Source of the DNA: an uncultured Actinomycetota bacterium
GTDB taxonomy: Bacteria; Actinomycetota; Actinomycetes; Propionibacteriales; Propionibacteriaceae
Length of the DNA stretch: 64,000 bases
Assembly: GCA_963836855.1 (NCBI GenBank)
Contig: CAWILN010000004.1
Coordinates: forward strand, 75,577 to 139,576
Reading direction: 5' to 3'
Below the pieces are notes generated by a model, which was not told the DNA's origin, searched no databases, and saw only the letters and a program-made list of their open reading frames with translations. The position numbers were made by a program, and so were the translations under genes. This document shows positions 1 through 9,580 of the stretch, in pieces; within the stretch, counting starts at the first letter, position 1, and every line of letters starts with the position of its first letter.

Positions 1-122
1 AGAAACGGCCCACGCTCCAGCCAGAGCACCTTCGTGCCGTTCGTGGCAAGCCGGTGCCCGAGTGTCCCACCTCCGGCTCCCGTCCCGATGATGACAACGT
101 CGTAGTGCTGGTCGTCTGCCAT
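1..122 (-). CDS. FAD-dependent oxidoreductase, first ~40 codons only (gene continues off the left edge)
   Basis: Minus-strand ATG at 120-122. Translation MADDQHYDVVIIGTGAGGGTLGHRLATNGTKVLWLERG is a classic GxGxxG flavoprotein N-terminus (GMC/amine-oxidase-like). It is absent from the ORF track because it runs off the window. Confidence 0.55.
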   Translation of the reverse strand, partial: MADDQHYDVVIIGTGAGGGTLGHRLATNGTKVLWLERGPF

Positions 123-210
123 GCCGGATCCCTCCTGCAACGCGGGGTTCTCGGATGTACCGATGCTGTCTCTAGACACTTGAGAATGTCCTGCCTGGGC
201 GACGACGTCA

Positions 211-227
211 TCACCCGCCCCGGGTGA
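211..227. promoter_or_regulatory. Perfect 17-bp palindrome TCACCCG-CCC-CGGGTGA upstream of zwf (candidate operator or 5'-UTR hairpin)
   Basis: Read directly. The arms are identical to the site at 10994-11010. It lies in the divergent intergenic region between the flavoprotein gene and zwf. Confidence 0.3.
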
Positions 228-248
228 TCGTTGCCGCAGCCGAGCAGA

Positions 249-267
249 GTCACCCGCAAGGGGTGAC
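249..267. promoter_or_regulatory. Second related palindrome GTCACCC-GCAA-GGGGTGAC upstream of zwf
   Basis: Read directly. It starts 38 bp after the start of the first site and uses the same TCACCC/GGGTGA arms. Confidence 0.3.
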
Positions 268-374
268 GACTCGATCCTCAGCCGCTGGTTGACTGCGAAG
301 CAGGGTCTAGGCCGTGCACGGAAGGTTCCGGCGAGACCCATACCCGTGGAGTCGATCACGCCAAGGAGATAACA

Positions 375-1820
375 ATGGCAACGACGATCGAGAGCCAGAC
401 CACGCCTGTGCGCGGCCAGCCGGAGAGCACGGGCCAGCGCCCCGCCGACGTCTTCGTCATCTTCGGGATTACCGGCGACCTGGCGAAGGTGATGACGTTC
501 AGATCGCTGTACCGGCTCGAGCGGCGCGGGCTCTTGCAGTGCCCGATCGTCGGAGTCGCGGTCAACGACTGGACGCTCGACCAGTTGGTGGAGCGCGCCC
601 GCGAGTCGATCGAAGGCACTGGGGAGACGATCGATCCCACCATCTTCGACCGTTTCACTGCACGACTGTCGTACGTGCAGGGCGACTTCGGCGACGCAGG
701 AACCTACAAGCGAGTCGGAGAGGCGATCAAGGGCGCCGAGACTCCCGTGTTCTACCTCGAGATCCCACCCTTCCTGTTCGGCACAGTCGTCAAGGGCCTG
801 GCCGAGGCTGACCTGACCACGAGTGGGCGTGTCGTGGTGGAGAAGCCGTTTGGAAACGACCAAGCCTCCGCCCATGCGCTGGCCGATGAACTGCACCAGT
901 ACATCGACGAATCTCAGCTGTACCGGATCGACCACTACCTGGGAAAGATGGGCCTGGAAGAGATCCTCTACCTGCGGTTCGCCAACTCGATGTTCGAGCC
1001 GGTCTGGAACCGCAACTTCATCGAATGCGTGCAGATCACCATGGCGGAGGACTTCGGCGTCGAGGACCGAGGGCACTTCTACGATCCCGTCGGCGCGCTG
1101 CGCGATGTGGTCGTCAACCACCTCATGCAGGTCGTATCCGCCGCCTCCATGGAAATACCCTCTGGACGTGACCCACGAACGATCAAGGACTCCCAGGTCG
1201 CGCTGTTCCGCGCGGTCGCCGAGGCTGATCCTGCCAACTACGTCCGTGGCCAGTATGAGGGCTATCTCGGTATCCCTGGCGTCGCCGCCGACTCGGCCAC
1301 AGAGACCTACGCCGCGCTGCGGCTCGACATCGACAACTGGCGCTGGTCAGGGGTTCCGTTCTTCATCCGCACTGGCAAGCGGCTCCCGGTCACCCAGACG
1401 GAGCTCCGCGTTGTCTTCAAGCAGCCGCCGCGGCTTGGCTTCGGCCTGCATGGCGATCGACGACCGGAGCCGGGCCAGCTCGTCGTCAGACTCGATCCAT
1501 CGACTGGGATCAGACTCAGGGTCGAGGCCCGGCGCGCGGACTCACCCATCCCTGAGACCATCCACCTCGACATGGAGTTTGCGGAAGAGGGCGGGGAAGG
1601 GCCCACTCCATACGAGGTGTTGCTCCACGCCGCGATGGTCGGCCAGATTATGCGGTTCACCCGCCAGGACGGGGTCGAGGAGACTTGGCGGATCATGCAG
1701 CCGCTGCTGGACGCCCCGCCCCCGGTACACCCCTACGCGCCCGGCTCGTGGGGGCCGTCGGCCGCAGATGAGCTGACGGCACCAAGCGGCGGCTGGCACG
1801 AGCCCTGGGTGGGGCAATGA
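375..1820 (+). CDS. zwf: Glucose-6-phosphate 1-dehydrogenase
   Basis: Intact 481-aa ORF. It has the N-terminal NADP motif [11 protein letters not shown] and the G6PD signature RIDHYLGK. Its stop overlaps the next start (ATGA at 1817-1820). Confidence 0.95.
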   Translation: MATTIESQTTPVRGQPESTGQRPADVFVIFGITGDLAKVMTFRSLYRLERRGLLQCPIVGVAVNDWTLDQLVERARESIEGTGETIDPTIFDRFTARLSYVQGDFGDAGTYKRVGEAIKGAETPVFYLEIPPFLFGTVVKGLAEADLTTSGRVVVEKPFGNDQASAHALADELHQYIDESQLYRIDHYLGKMGLEEILYLRFANSMFEPVWNRNFIECVQITMAEDFGVEDRGHFYDPVGALRDVVVNHLMQVVSAASMEIPSGRDPRTIKDSQVALFRAVAEADPANYVRGQYEGYLGIPGVAADSATETYAALRLDIDNWRWSGVPFFIRTGKRLPVTQTELRVVFKQPPRLGFGLHGDRRPEPGQLVVRLDPSTGIRLRVEARRADSPIPETIHLDMEFAEEGGEGPTPYEVLLHAAMVGQIMRFTRQDGVEETWRIMQPLLDAPPPVHPYAPGSWGPSAADELTAPSGGWHEPWVGQ

Positions 1821-3713
1821 GCACCAAGGCACCGCGGCAGGAGAAAGAGCAGAGCGCTGCTGCCCCCTCCCCATTCCCGCCGATTGCGGACTATGCGTTC
1901 TTGTCGAACTGCCACACCGGTGCCCTGATCGCGCCCGACGGGGCGGTCGACTGGCTCTCCGTCCCGCGCTTCGACGCGTCCAGCGTGTTCGGCTCCCTGC
2001 TCGACCGTCAGGCGGGCTACTTCAGGCTCGGGCCGTTCGGGATCAACCACCCCGCGGCGCGCGTATACGAGCCCGGAACGAACGTCCTCTCGACGACCTG
2101 GAAAACGCCGAGGGGCTGGCTCCTGGTCCGCGATGCTCTGACGATGGGTCCACGGGAAGGCGAGGACGAGATCACCCCGCACACCCGGCCTCCTGCCGAC
2201 GACGACGGCGATCACATGCTGGTGCGTACGGTCCGCTGCCTGGACGGCACCGTCGAGATCGAGCTGATCTGTGAACCGGCGTTCGACTATGGCAGGTCGC
2301 CGGCCGAGTGGACACTAGTCGATGGCAGTCGGCATTCAGCCGACGCGAGCGGCGCGGGCCAGACGATCAGGTTGCAGACAGATCTCGCGCTCGGCGTCGA
2401 GGGCAACCGGGCCCGCGCCCGGCATATTCTCTCGGCTGGTGACGAGTGCTACTGCGCACTGTCGTGGGGCGAGGGTCTGGCCGCACCGGCGGACGTCGCG
2501 GAGGCCAGCCGCCGCATCGATGCCACTACGCGGTTCTGGCGCAACTGGCTGGGGCGGGCGCGAATGCCTGACCACCGCTGGCGCGACCCGCTACAGCGCT
2601 CGGCATTGGCCATCAAGGGCCTTACCTACCTGCCAACCGGAGCCACGGTCGCCGCACTCACCACGTCGCTGCCGGAGACCCCCGGCGGCGAGCGTAACTG
2701 GGACTACCGCTACACGTGGATGCGCGACAGCCACCTTCACGTTGCAGGCGCTGCACTTCCTGAACCTGGACTGGGAGGCCGACGAGTTCATGCAGTTCGT
2801 CGCCGACCTGGAGCCGAACCAAGATGGCGCGCTGCAGATCATGTACGGCATCGATGGTCGGCGGGACCTGACCGAGTCGACCCGTGAGGATCTCTCCGGC
2901 TATGCGGGTGCGCGACCAGTGCGGATTGGCAATGGAGCGTTCGACCAGCGCCAGAACGATGTGTTCGGCGCCGTGCTGGACTCGATCTTGCTGCACGTCC
3001 GACGCAGCGACCGCCTGCCGCGGCGGCTATGGCCGATCGTCCAGTCACAGGCCCAGTGCGCTACCGCGGTCTGGCGCGAGCCCGATCAGGGGATCTGGGA
3101 GGCCAGGGGCAAGCCCCAGCACTATGTGTCCTCCAAGCTGATGGGGTGGGTCGCCCTGGACCGCGCGTCGAAACTGGCTGAGATCCGCGGCGACCGCGAT
3201 CTCGCCGCGACCTGGGGTGCCACCGCTGCTGAGATCAAGGACGACATCCTCGCTCATGGCGTCGATAAGCGCGGCGTGCTGCGTCAGCACTACGACACGG
3301 ATGCGTTGGATGCCTCCACGCTGCTGGCAGCCATCTTCGGATTCCTCCCCCACGACGACAAGCGGCTCCGCGCAAGTGTGCTCGCAATCGCCGACGAGCT
3401 GACTGAAAACGGCTTCGTGCTGCGTTACCGCACCGACGAGACCGACGACGGTCTGTCCGGCAAGGAGGGGACGTTCCTCATCTGCTCGTTCTGGCTGGTG
3501 TCCGCGCTGGCGATCATCGGTGAGGAGCAGCGTGCTCGTGACCTGATGGAGCGTTTGCTGCGGGTCGCCTCGCCGCTCGGGCTCTTCGCAGAGGAGTTCG
3601 ACGTCGACACCGGTCGACACCTCGGCAACTTTCCGCAGGCGTTCTCCCACCTTGCGCTGATCGAGGCAGCGGCGCGGATCATCGCCGCCGAGCGGTTTGC
3701 GGAGTTCTCCTGA
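1817..3713 (+). pseudogene. Glycoside hydrolase family 15 (glucoamylase/trehalase-like), frame-disrupted near 2729
   Basis: The N-terminal part is in ORF 1817..2887 (FPPIADYAFLSNCHTGALIAPDGAVDWL...ERNWDYRYTWMRD). Homology continues in ORF 2322..3713 (TFTLQALHFLNLDWEADEFMQF...GTFLICSFWLV). One extra base around 2729-2732 separates the two frames. This could be an assembly error. Confidence 0.85.
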
Positions 3714-3738
3714 CCGACCCCCGAGGAGGGCGCTTCGG

Positions 3739-5077
3739 ATGAGTGAACGGGTGCTGGTTCTTGGTGGCGGGCTTGCTGGCGTGGCCTGTGCGCTCGAGCT
3801 GGGTGATGCCGGCGTGGAGGTAACTCTGGTTGACCGCAACGACTATCACCAGTTCCAGCCGTTGCTCTACCAGGTGGCCAGCTCCCAGCTGCCCGCCGAG
3901 GATATCGCCCGCCCGCACCGGACCATTTTCAGGGAATACCCCTCGGTCGAGGTGGTGACGGCGCAGGTGACCGCCGCGGACTTGTCCGCACGTAGTCTCA
4001 CGCTCGCCGACGGGAGGGTGTTGCAGGGGTCGCATCTGGTGATGGCGGCGGGTGCTCGGCCGAACTTCTTTGGAGTGCCCGGCGCCGCAGAGCACGCGTT
4101 TCCGCTGTATTCGGTGGCCGACGCTGAACGTCTGAGGCTGCATCTGCAGGGGCTTCTGCAAGCCGCGGTGGACAATGCGGCGGCCAGTGAGCCCGGTTCG
4201 ATCGATGTAGTGGTCGTGGGCGGCGGGCCGACCGGGGTCGAGACCACCGGAGCGTTGGCCGAGCTGATGCTGGCGCTGCACAAGTCTGGGCGGACTCGCG
4301 GTGCCGGGCCAGATCACCCTGGTCGACCGGGGCGACGCCCTGTTGGGGCAGTTCTCCGACAAGGCCCACGAATACGCGCTGAAGAAGCTGACCGAGGCGG
4401 GCGCGGAGGTGCGGCTGGGCGTCGGAGTCACCGCGGTCCATCCCGACGGGGTGCAGTTGGACGACGGCAGCGCCATCTCGACCGAGACCGTGATCTGGGG
4501 CGGAGGGGAGTCGGGGTCTGCGGTCGCGCAGTCCACCGGACCTACTCCAGGTCGCGGTGGTCGCCTCGACGTGCGCCCGGACCTCGCCGTGGCCGGCTAC
4601 CCAGGTGCCTACGCCGTGGGTGACGTCGCGAACATTCCGTCCGGTGACGACGCGGCATCGCTGCCGCAGCTGGGCTCGGTGGCCCAGCAATCGGGGAAGT
4701 GGGCTGGGGAGAACATTCTCCGTGAGCTACACGGGAAGCCCACTGAACCCTTCGTCTACAAGGACAAGGGCATCATGGCGATGATCGGCCGCAACGCGGC
4801 CGTGGCTGAGGTCGGCAAGCATCACCATCAGGTGGAGGGCCCGGTCGCCTTCGCCGCCTGGCTCGGCGTCCACGCAATGCTGCTCAGCGGCGTGCACAGC
4901 AAGATCGACGCATTCCTCTCCTGGGGCTGGGACTACTTCGACCGCGACCACGCGGCCACCATCGAGGCAACGGCAGCAACGCCGGAACGGCTCGCCTGGG
5001 CCGACCACGGCGAGGACGTACCGCACATCGTGCTGGACCGGCCCGCCACCACGAGCACCAGCACTCAAACCGCTTGA
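3739..5077 (+). pseudogene. ndh: Type II NADH dehydrogenase (NDH-2), frame-disrupted near 4288-4300
   Basis: ATG at 3739 follows a GAGGAGGG RBS. The N-terminal frame carries VLVLGGGLAGV...DVVVVGGGPTGVE. The sequence then shifts into ORF 4301..5077 (GQITLVDRGDALL...YAVGDVANI...KGIMAMIGRNAAVAEV). Removing one G from the GGG run at 4288-4290 restores a continuous NDH-2. Confidence 0.85.
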
Positions 5078-5256
5078 GGGCCTCATCGAGCTGGAACCAG
5101 GGGAGTCATGGCAGGGGACCTGGGGCTGGGCAGCGGTCAGTCCTGAATCACGTGCGGGGGCGCCTACCGATTAGCCCGCTCGCCGGCGGACCAGGCTCAG
5201 CCCGTCAGTCATGCGGGCGCTAGCAGCCAAGAGATCATCGGACCACGCTCGAGCAC

Positions 5257-5751
5257 TCAGTGGAACAACGCGGAGACCCCGAAGGCTATGGCCAGAAACA
5301 GCACCATCCGCCCGAGGAGGACGGCAGCGCCGAAGAGGATGACCGACATTTTGGTCGCGGGTACGGCGAGGGTCACCGCGTACAGCGGCGGAAGACCGAC
5401 GCAGGCGGAGAGCAAGACGATCGGCACTCCCCAGCGGCGCTCACCCAAGAGCCCCATCATCCGGTCCGACCAGGCTCGCAACTTTGTCCGAACGCGACCG
5501 GCCGGCTTGCGGGGGCGCTCGCGTACCTTCCGCACCAGACGTGAACTGCGGCCCTGGCGCAGGGCGAGCACGGTGCCGACCTTGCCGATGGTCTGTCCGA
5601 CAGCACAGCCGACCGCCGTCGTGACCTCCTCGGTGAACCCACCAACCTGAGACGCCACGATGTAGATCTCGGCGTTGAAGATCGGTACCACCGAGGACAA
5701 GACGCCGTACCCGACCGCGACGACGAACTCGATCAGCAGTCGCCACTCCAC
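5257..5751 (-). CDS. Small polytopic membrane protein, YqaA/DedA-like (VTT-type), copy 1
   Basis: 164-aa ORF with four hydrophobic segments and a basic central loop (RKVRERPRKPAGRVRTKLRAW). The family call rests on overall resemblance only. Confidence 0.6.
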   Translation of the reverse strand: MEWRLLIEFVVAVGYGVLSSVVPIFNAEIYIVASQVGGFTEEVTTAVGCAVGQTIGKVGTVLALRQGRSSRLVRKVRERPRKPAGRVRTKLRAWSDRMMGLLGERRWGVPIVLLSACVGLPPLYAVTLAVPATKMSVILFGAAVLLGRMVLFLAIAFGVSALFH

Positions 5752-5858
5752 GCCGACACCTACCTACAGGACGCGCCCGTCACCTAGGCACTGAGACTTG
5801 TGCCAGTCTGCGCCTCAACGTCACGGGGCTGCAATCGGGCCGTGATGAGGTGGAAGAC

Positions 5859-6353
5859 TCAGTTGAACAACGCGGAGGCACCGAAGGCTATCGCCAGAAA
5901 CAGCAGCATCCGCCCGAGGAGGACGGCGACGCCAAACGAGATGACCGACATCCGGGTCGCGGGTACGGCGAGGGTCACCGCGTACAGCGGCGGAATATAG
6001 ACGCAGGCGGACAGGAAGACGATCAACACTCCCCACAAGCGTTTGCCCAAGAGCCCCAACATGCGGTCCGACCAGGCTCGCAGCCTTGTCCGAAAGCGAC
6101 CGGCCGGCTTGCGGGGGCGCTCGCGTAGCCGCCGCACGAGACGGGAATTGCCGCCCCGGCGCAGGGCGAGCACAATGCCGACCTTGCCGATGGTTTGTCC
6201 GACGGCACAGCCGACCGCCGTTGTGACCTCCTCGGTGAACCCACCGACCTGAGACGCCACGATGTAGATCTCGCTGTTGAAGATCGGTACCAGCGAGGAC
6301 AAGATGCCGTACGCGAGCGAGACGAGGAACTCGATCAGCGGTTGCCAGTTCAC
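5859..6353 (-). CDS. Small polytopic membrane protein, YqaA/DedA-like, copy 2
   Basis: Paralogue of 5257..5751, about 80% identical. Confidence 0.6.
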   Translation of the reverse strand: MNWQPLIEFLVSLAYGILSSLVPIFNSEIYIVASQVGGFTEEVTTAVGCAVGQTIGKVGIVLALRRGGNSRLVRRLRERPRKPAGRFRTRLRAWSDRMLGLLGKRLWGVLIVFLSACVYIPPLYAVTLAVPATRMSVISFGVAVLLGRMLLFLAIAFGASALFN

Positions 6354-6745
6354 GCCGACACCTACCTAGCTACATGACGCCCCCGTCAACTAGGCACTGA
6401 GGCTTGTGACTGTGTGCGCCTCAATGTCACGGGGCTGAATCGGGCCGGATCTTCGTAGCGTCAAGTCAGAGCCGGCAAGCCTAACCACCATGGCAGCGGC
6501 GGTGCGGTGGCTGCAAGGTCTCGCCCACTGGCAGATTGCCCGCTAGGCCGTACACCGGAACCCGTCGCCCGCTGCGGGGTAGGCGCGGACGGGATTGCGG
6601 CGTGATAATTATTGCGGCGCCTGGCCGGTCATGGAATGCGACAGATCGAGGCGGAAACATGTCGCCACGACAGCTATACCGTCGGGGGAGTCGAGACCCG
6701 CGTCAACGCACTGGATACCTCTCGATACCTCACGATGGAGGACTC

Positions 6746-8429
6746 ATGGCCACAAGCATCGTCAGCAGCGACACCAGCGTCGAGGACCGCCAGGCGATCG
6801 GCGAACGGGCACGCGACCATACGCCGCTGTCCAGCTCAGGCCGACTGGGAGCCGGCGGCCGGGCGGCCCGACCCGGTTGAGCTCCTGATCGAGCAGAACA
6901 CGACGCGGGAGGCCGATCTGGTGCCGGTGAGGCACGGCCGGATGACGGTGTCACCGTTCACCTTCTACCGCGGCGCGGCGAAGGTGATGGCGACCGATCT
7001 CGCCACTACTCCGATGGCCGGCCTAGTGGTCCAGCTCTGCGGCGACGCCCACCTGTCCAACTTCGGTGGCTTCGCCTCACCGGAACGGGAGCTGCTGTTC
7101 GGCCTGAACGACTTCGACGAGACCCTGCCTGGACCGCTCGAGTACGACCTCAAGCGGATGGCCGCCAGCTTCACGATCGCGGCACGCAACAACCGCTTCA
7201 CCCCTGCCGATGCGCGAGCGGTGACCATCGAGTCGGTCAAGTCCTACCGGTTGGGGATGGCCGAGTTCGCCGCGATGCGCACACTCGACATCTGGTACGC
7301 GCATATGACAGAACAAGACATCCAAGACGCGATGCGGGCGGTCGAAGAAGCCTCGGTCGCCGGCGCGAAACCGCGCAAAAGCAAGACTAGGAAGAAGAAA
7401 CATGACGCCTCCAAGGACGGCAGCGCAGAGGCTGACCTGGAGGCGAAGGCGCTCAAGAGGGCGAACAAGACGCTCCGCAAGGCCCACACCCGCGACAGTC
7501 TCGACGCTTTGACCAAGTTCGCTGAAGTCGTCGACGGCCGCCATCGCATCGTCAGCCGACCACCCGTCATCATCCCCCTGCGAGACCTGGCGGCCAGCTA
7601 CGAGATGACACCCGACCAAGCCCGGAAAGAGGTCGAGGAGCAGTTCCGCGTCTATAAGGCCACGCTCAGCAACAACCGCCGACAACTCCTGGACAGATTC
7701 ACGATCGTCGACGCGGCACGCAAGGTGGTCGGCGTCGGCAGCGTCGGCACCCGAGCGTTCATGGTGCTGCTACAAGGCCGCGACAGCGCCGATCCCCTGT
7801 TCCTCCAGATCAAGGAGGCCACGAGCTCGGTCCTCGAAGACCAACTTCCCAAGAGCCGCTACGCCACTCCCGGCCAGCGCGTGGTGGAAGGTCAGCGGTT
7901 GATGCAGGCCGCCTCCGACATCTTCCTCGGCTGGACCACAGGAGTCCAAGCCAACCGGTACTACTACTGGCGCCAGCTGCGCGACATGAAGGCCTCCGCA
8001 GAGGTTGAGGGTATGTCACCGTTCGGGATGAAGTTCTACGCCAGTATCTGCGGCTGGACTCTTGCCCGCGCCCACGCTCGATCCGGGGATCCCATCGCCA
8101 TCGCCGAATACCTCGGCAGCGACGACACCATCGATAAGGCCATCGCCGACTTTTCCACTCGCTACGCCGACCAGAACCAACGCGACTACGACACCTTCGT
8201 CAAAGCCATAGCCGACGGCCGAATCCAAGCCGTCATCCGGGGATCTGAGCCGACACATTTACAGCACCGCTACCGCAGGTCAGCTGCTGTCGCTGCTCGG
8301 GGTCTGGACGAGCGGGTGCTTGCCGGAACGGGCGAGGCTGACCGCGACCGCGGGGAACACGATGACCGACAGCACACCTGCGCCGACGAGTGCGGCGGCG
8401 TTCTCGGGCAGCATCGTCCCAGACTCTAG
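6746..8429 (+). pseudogene. DUF2252 family protein, frame-disrupted near 6830; the 3' end probably also lost its stop
   Basis: The N-terminus MATSIVSSDTSVEDRQAIGERARDHTPLSS is in the frame of ORF 6536..6880. The rest is in ORF 6612..8429 (ADWEPAAGRPDPVELL...RHGRMTVSPFTFYRGAA...QLCGDAHLSNFGGF). The ORF tail after ...DGRIQAVIRG runs about 60 codons antisense into the antiporter gene. One extra G in the GGGG run near 8243 would give ...AVIRGI-stop. Confidence 0.75.
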
Positions 8430-9467
8430 CCCGATTGCGGCCAGCGCGACGAGCATCGGTAAGGCGGTCGCGGTGAGCAGCATCATCTGGACCCGCCCAC
8501 GCATCGGCAGGTCGTGACGGTAGAACAGCAAGCTGGGGAGGCCACGAACGACGAGGAACAGGACGAAGAAGACGACCAGGCGCGCCGGCGATTCGATGAT
8601 CGAGTGAAGGTCGAGGCTCATGCCCGACGTCACAAAGAAGACCGGTATAAAGAAGCCGTAGCCCACCGCGTCGAGCTTGGCCTCCAACGCATGCACATCG
8701 CCCGGCGCCCAGCGGCGCAGGACCACGCCGGCGAGGAAGGCCCCGAGCACCACGTCGAGCCCCCGTTCCGCGGCGATCACCAGGAGAGCGAAGAGCAGGA
8801 ACATGGTCCAGCGAAGGCGAGCCTGCGACGTCCCGTGTTCACCCTCAGAGAGGATCCCCTGGATCTTCTCGTAGCGGACCAGACGCGGAGCGAACGTGAA
8901 CAGCAGCGCGATCCCTCCGATAAGGACGAGCGAGAGTAAACCGAGGAACGCGCCCTGGGTGCTGAGGAAGACCGCGACGGCCACAATAGGCAGGAACTCC
9001 CCAACGGCTCCGGCAGCCAGGATGAGCGCACCGAACCGGCCTTCTAACATCCGGTTGTCCCGCAGGATGGGCAGGAGGGTGCCCAGCGCGGTTGTGGTGA
9101 GGCCGATCGCGACCGGCACGAACGCACGGACGAAGCCGACCGCCGCCAAGGCGCCGGTCACGGCCACCGCAGCCACCACTGTCACCAGCCAGGAGGACAG
9201 TGCGAGCCGTCCGGCCCGCTCACGGAACAGCCCGAGCTCGAGCTCGTAGCCCGCCAGCAGGAAAAGGAACCCGAGGCCCAGGTTGGATATCAGCTCGATG
9301 CCCTCCGGCTCGGCCCACCCCAAGAGCTGCGGACCAACCAGGATCCCGCCCAGAATGAGGATCACCACCTGAGGCACGCGCCCGGACAGGAGTCCCGCCA
9401 CGATGGGGGTCAGCGCGGCGATCAGGCTGACGATGGCGAGGTCGATCAAGCTCTGCTCAAGACTCAC
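8280..9467 (-). CDS. Cation:proton antiporter (CPA2/Kef-type Na+/H+ exchanger family)
   Basis: Intact 395-aa polytopic ORF with a typical N-terminus: LTPIVAGLLSGRVPQVVILILGGILVGPQLLGW...LGLGFLFLLAGYELE. Confidence 0.8.
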   Translation of the reverse strand: MSLEQSLIDLAIVSLIAALTPIVAGLLSGRVPQVVILILGGILVGPQLLGWAEPEGIELISNLGLGFLFLLAGYELELGLFRERAGRLALSSWLVTVVAAVAVTGALAAVGFVRAFVPVAIGLTTTALGTLLPILRDNRMLEGRFGALILAAGAVGEFLPIVAVAVFLSTQGAFLGLLSLVLIGGIALLFTFAPRLVRYEKIQGILSEGEHGTSQARLRWTMFLLFALLVIAAERGLDVVLGAFLAGVVLRRWAPGDVHALEAKLDAVGYGFFIPVFFVTSGMSLDLHSIIESPARLVVFFVLFLVVRGLPSLLFYRHDLPMRGRVQMMLLTATALPMLVALAAIGLESGTMLPENAAALVGAGVLSVIVFPAVAVSLARSGKHPLVQTPSSDSS

Positions 9468-9580
9468 GAGGGGACCACCTTCCTCGAACGACCTCGATCA
9501 CAGCACCGGCCGGAGGAGCGACCTCATCCTGACCACACGATAGCGGTCGGGAGCGGTGGCACGCCCTAGCGAAACGTGCC

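Larger units (their letters stand above)
5250..6455. repeat. Tandem segmental duplication, period ~602 bp, each unit carrying a 164-aa membrane-protein gene plus its upstream region
   Basis: ORFs 5257..5751 and 5859..6353 differ at 31 of 164 residues by manual alignment. The upstream flanks 5752-5858 and 6354-6460 are also alignable (CCGACACCTACCTA...CCCGTCA.CTAGGCACTGAG.CTTGTG...GCGCCTCAA.GTCACGGGGCTG). Confidence 0.85.

Noticed and set aside
211-267. Interpreting the TCACCC palindromes as Streptomyces-type PHO boxes (PhoP sites).
   Set aside because: PHO boxes are direct 11-nt repeats. These sites are inverted repeats with a 3-nt spacer, and the flanking positions do not fit the direct-repeat consensus.
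3679-4536. Long antisense ORFs opposite real genes. Examples: 3679..4536 and 3998..4690 opposite ndh; 36367..37506 opposite oppD; 40508..41401 opposite oppC; 45462..46211 and 45928..46689 over the peptidase; 54784..55428 opposite the STAND gene; 27300..28013 opposite the aminotransferase.
   Set aside because: These are typical high-G+C shadow ORFs. Their translations are Arg/Pro/Gly/Ala-rich and low in complexity, with no recognisable motifs. In each case the opposite strand carries a gene with clear family signatures.
1817-5077. Programmed ribosomal frameshifting as an explanation for the split GH15 and ndh genes (and the other split genes).
   Set aside because: There is no slippery heptamer or downstream pseudoknot at the junctions. 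The events occur in many unrelated genes and in both directions. Assembly error or decay is far more economical.
6612-6745. Upstream start (6612) of the 605-aa ORF for the DUF2252 protein.
   Set aside because: The family-typical N-terminus (…EDRQAIGERARDHTP.SS…) is encoded in a different frame starting at 6746. The 6612 extension translates to low-complexity sequence.
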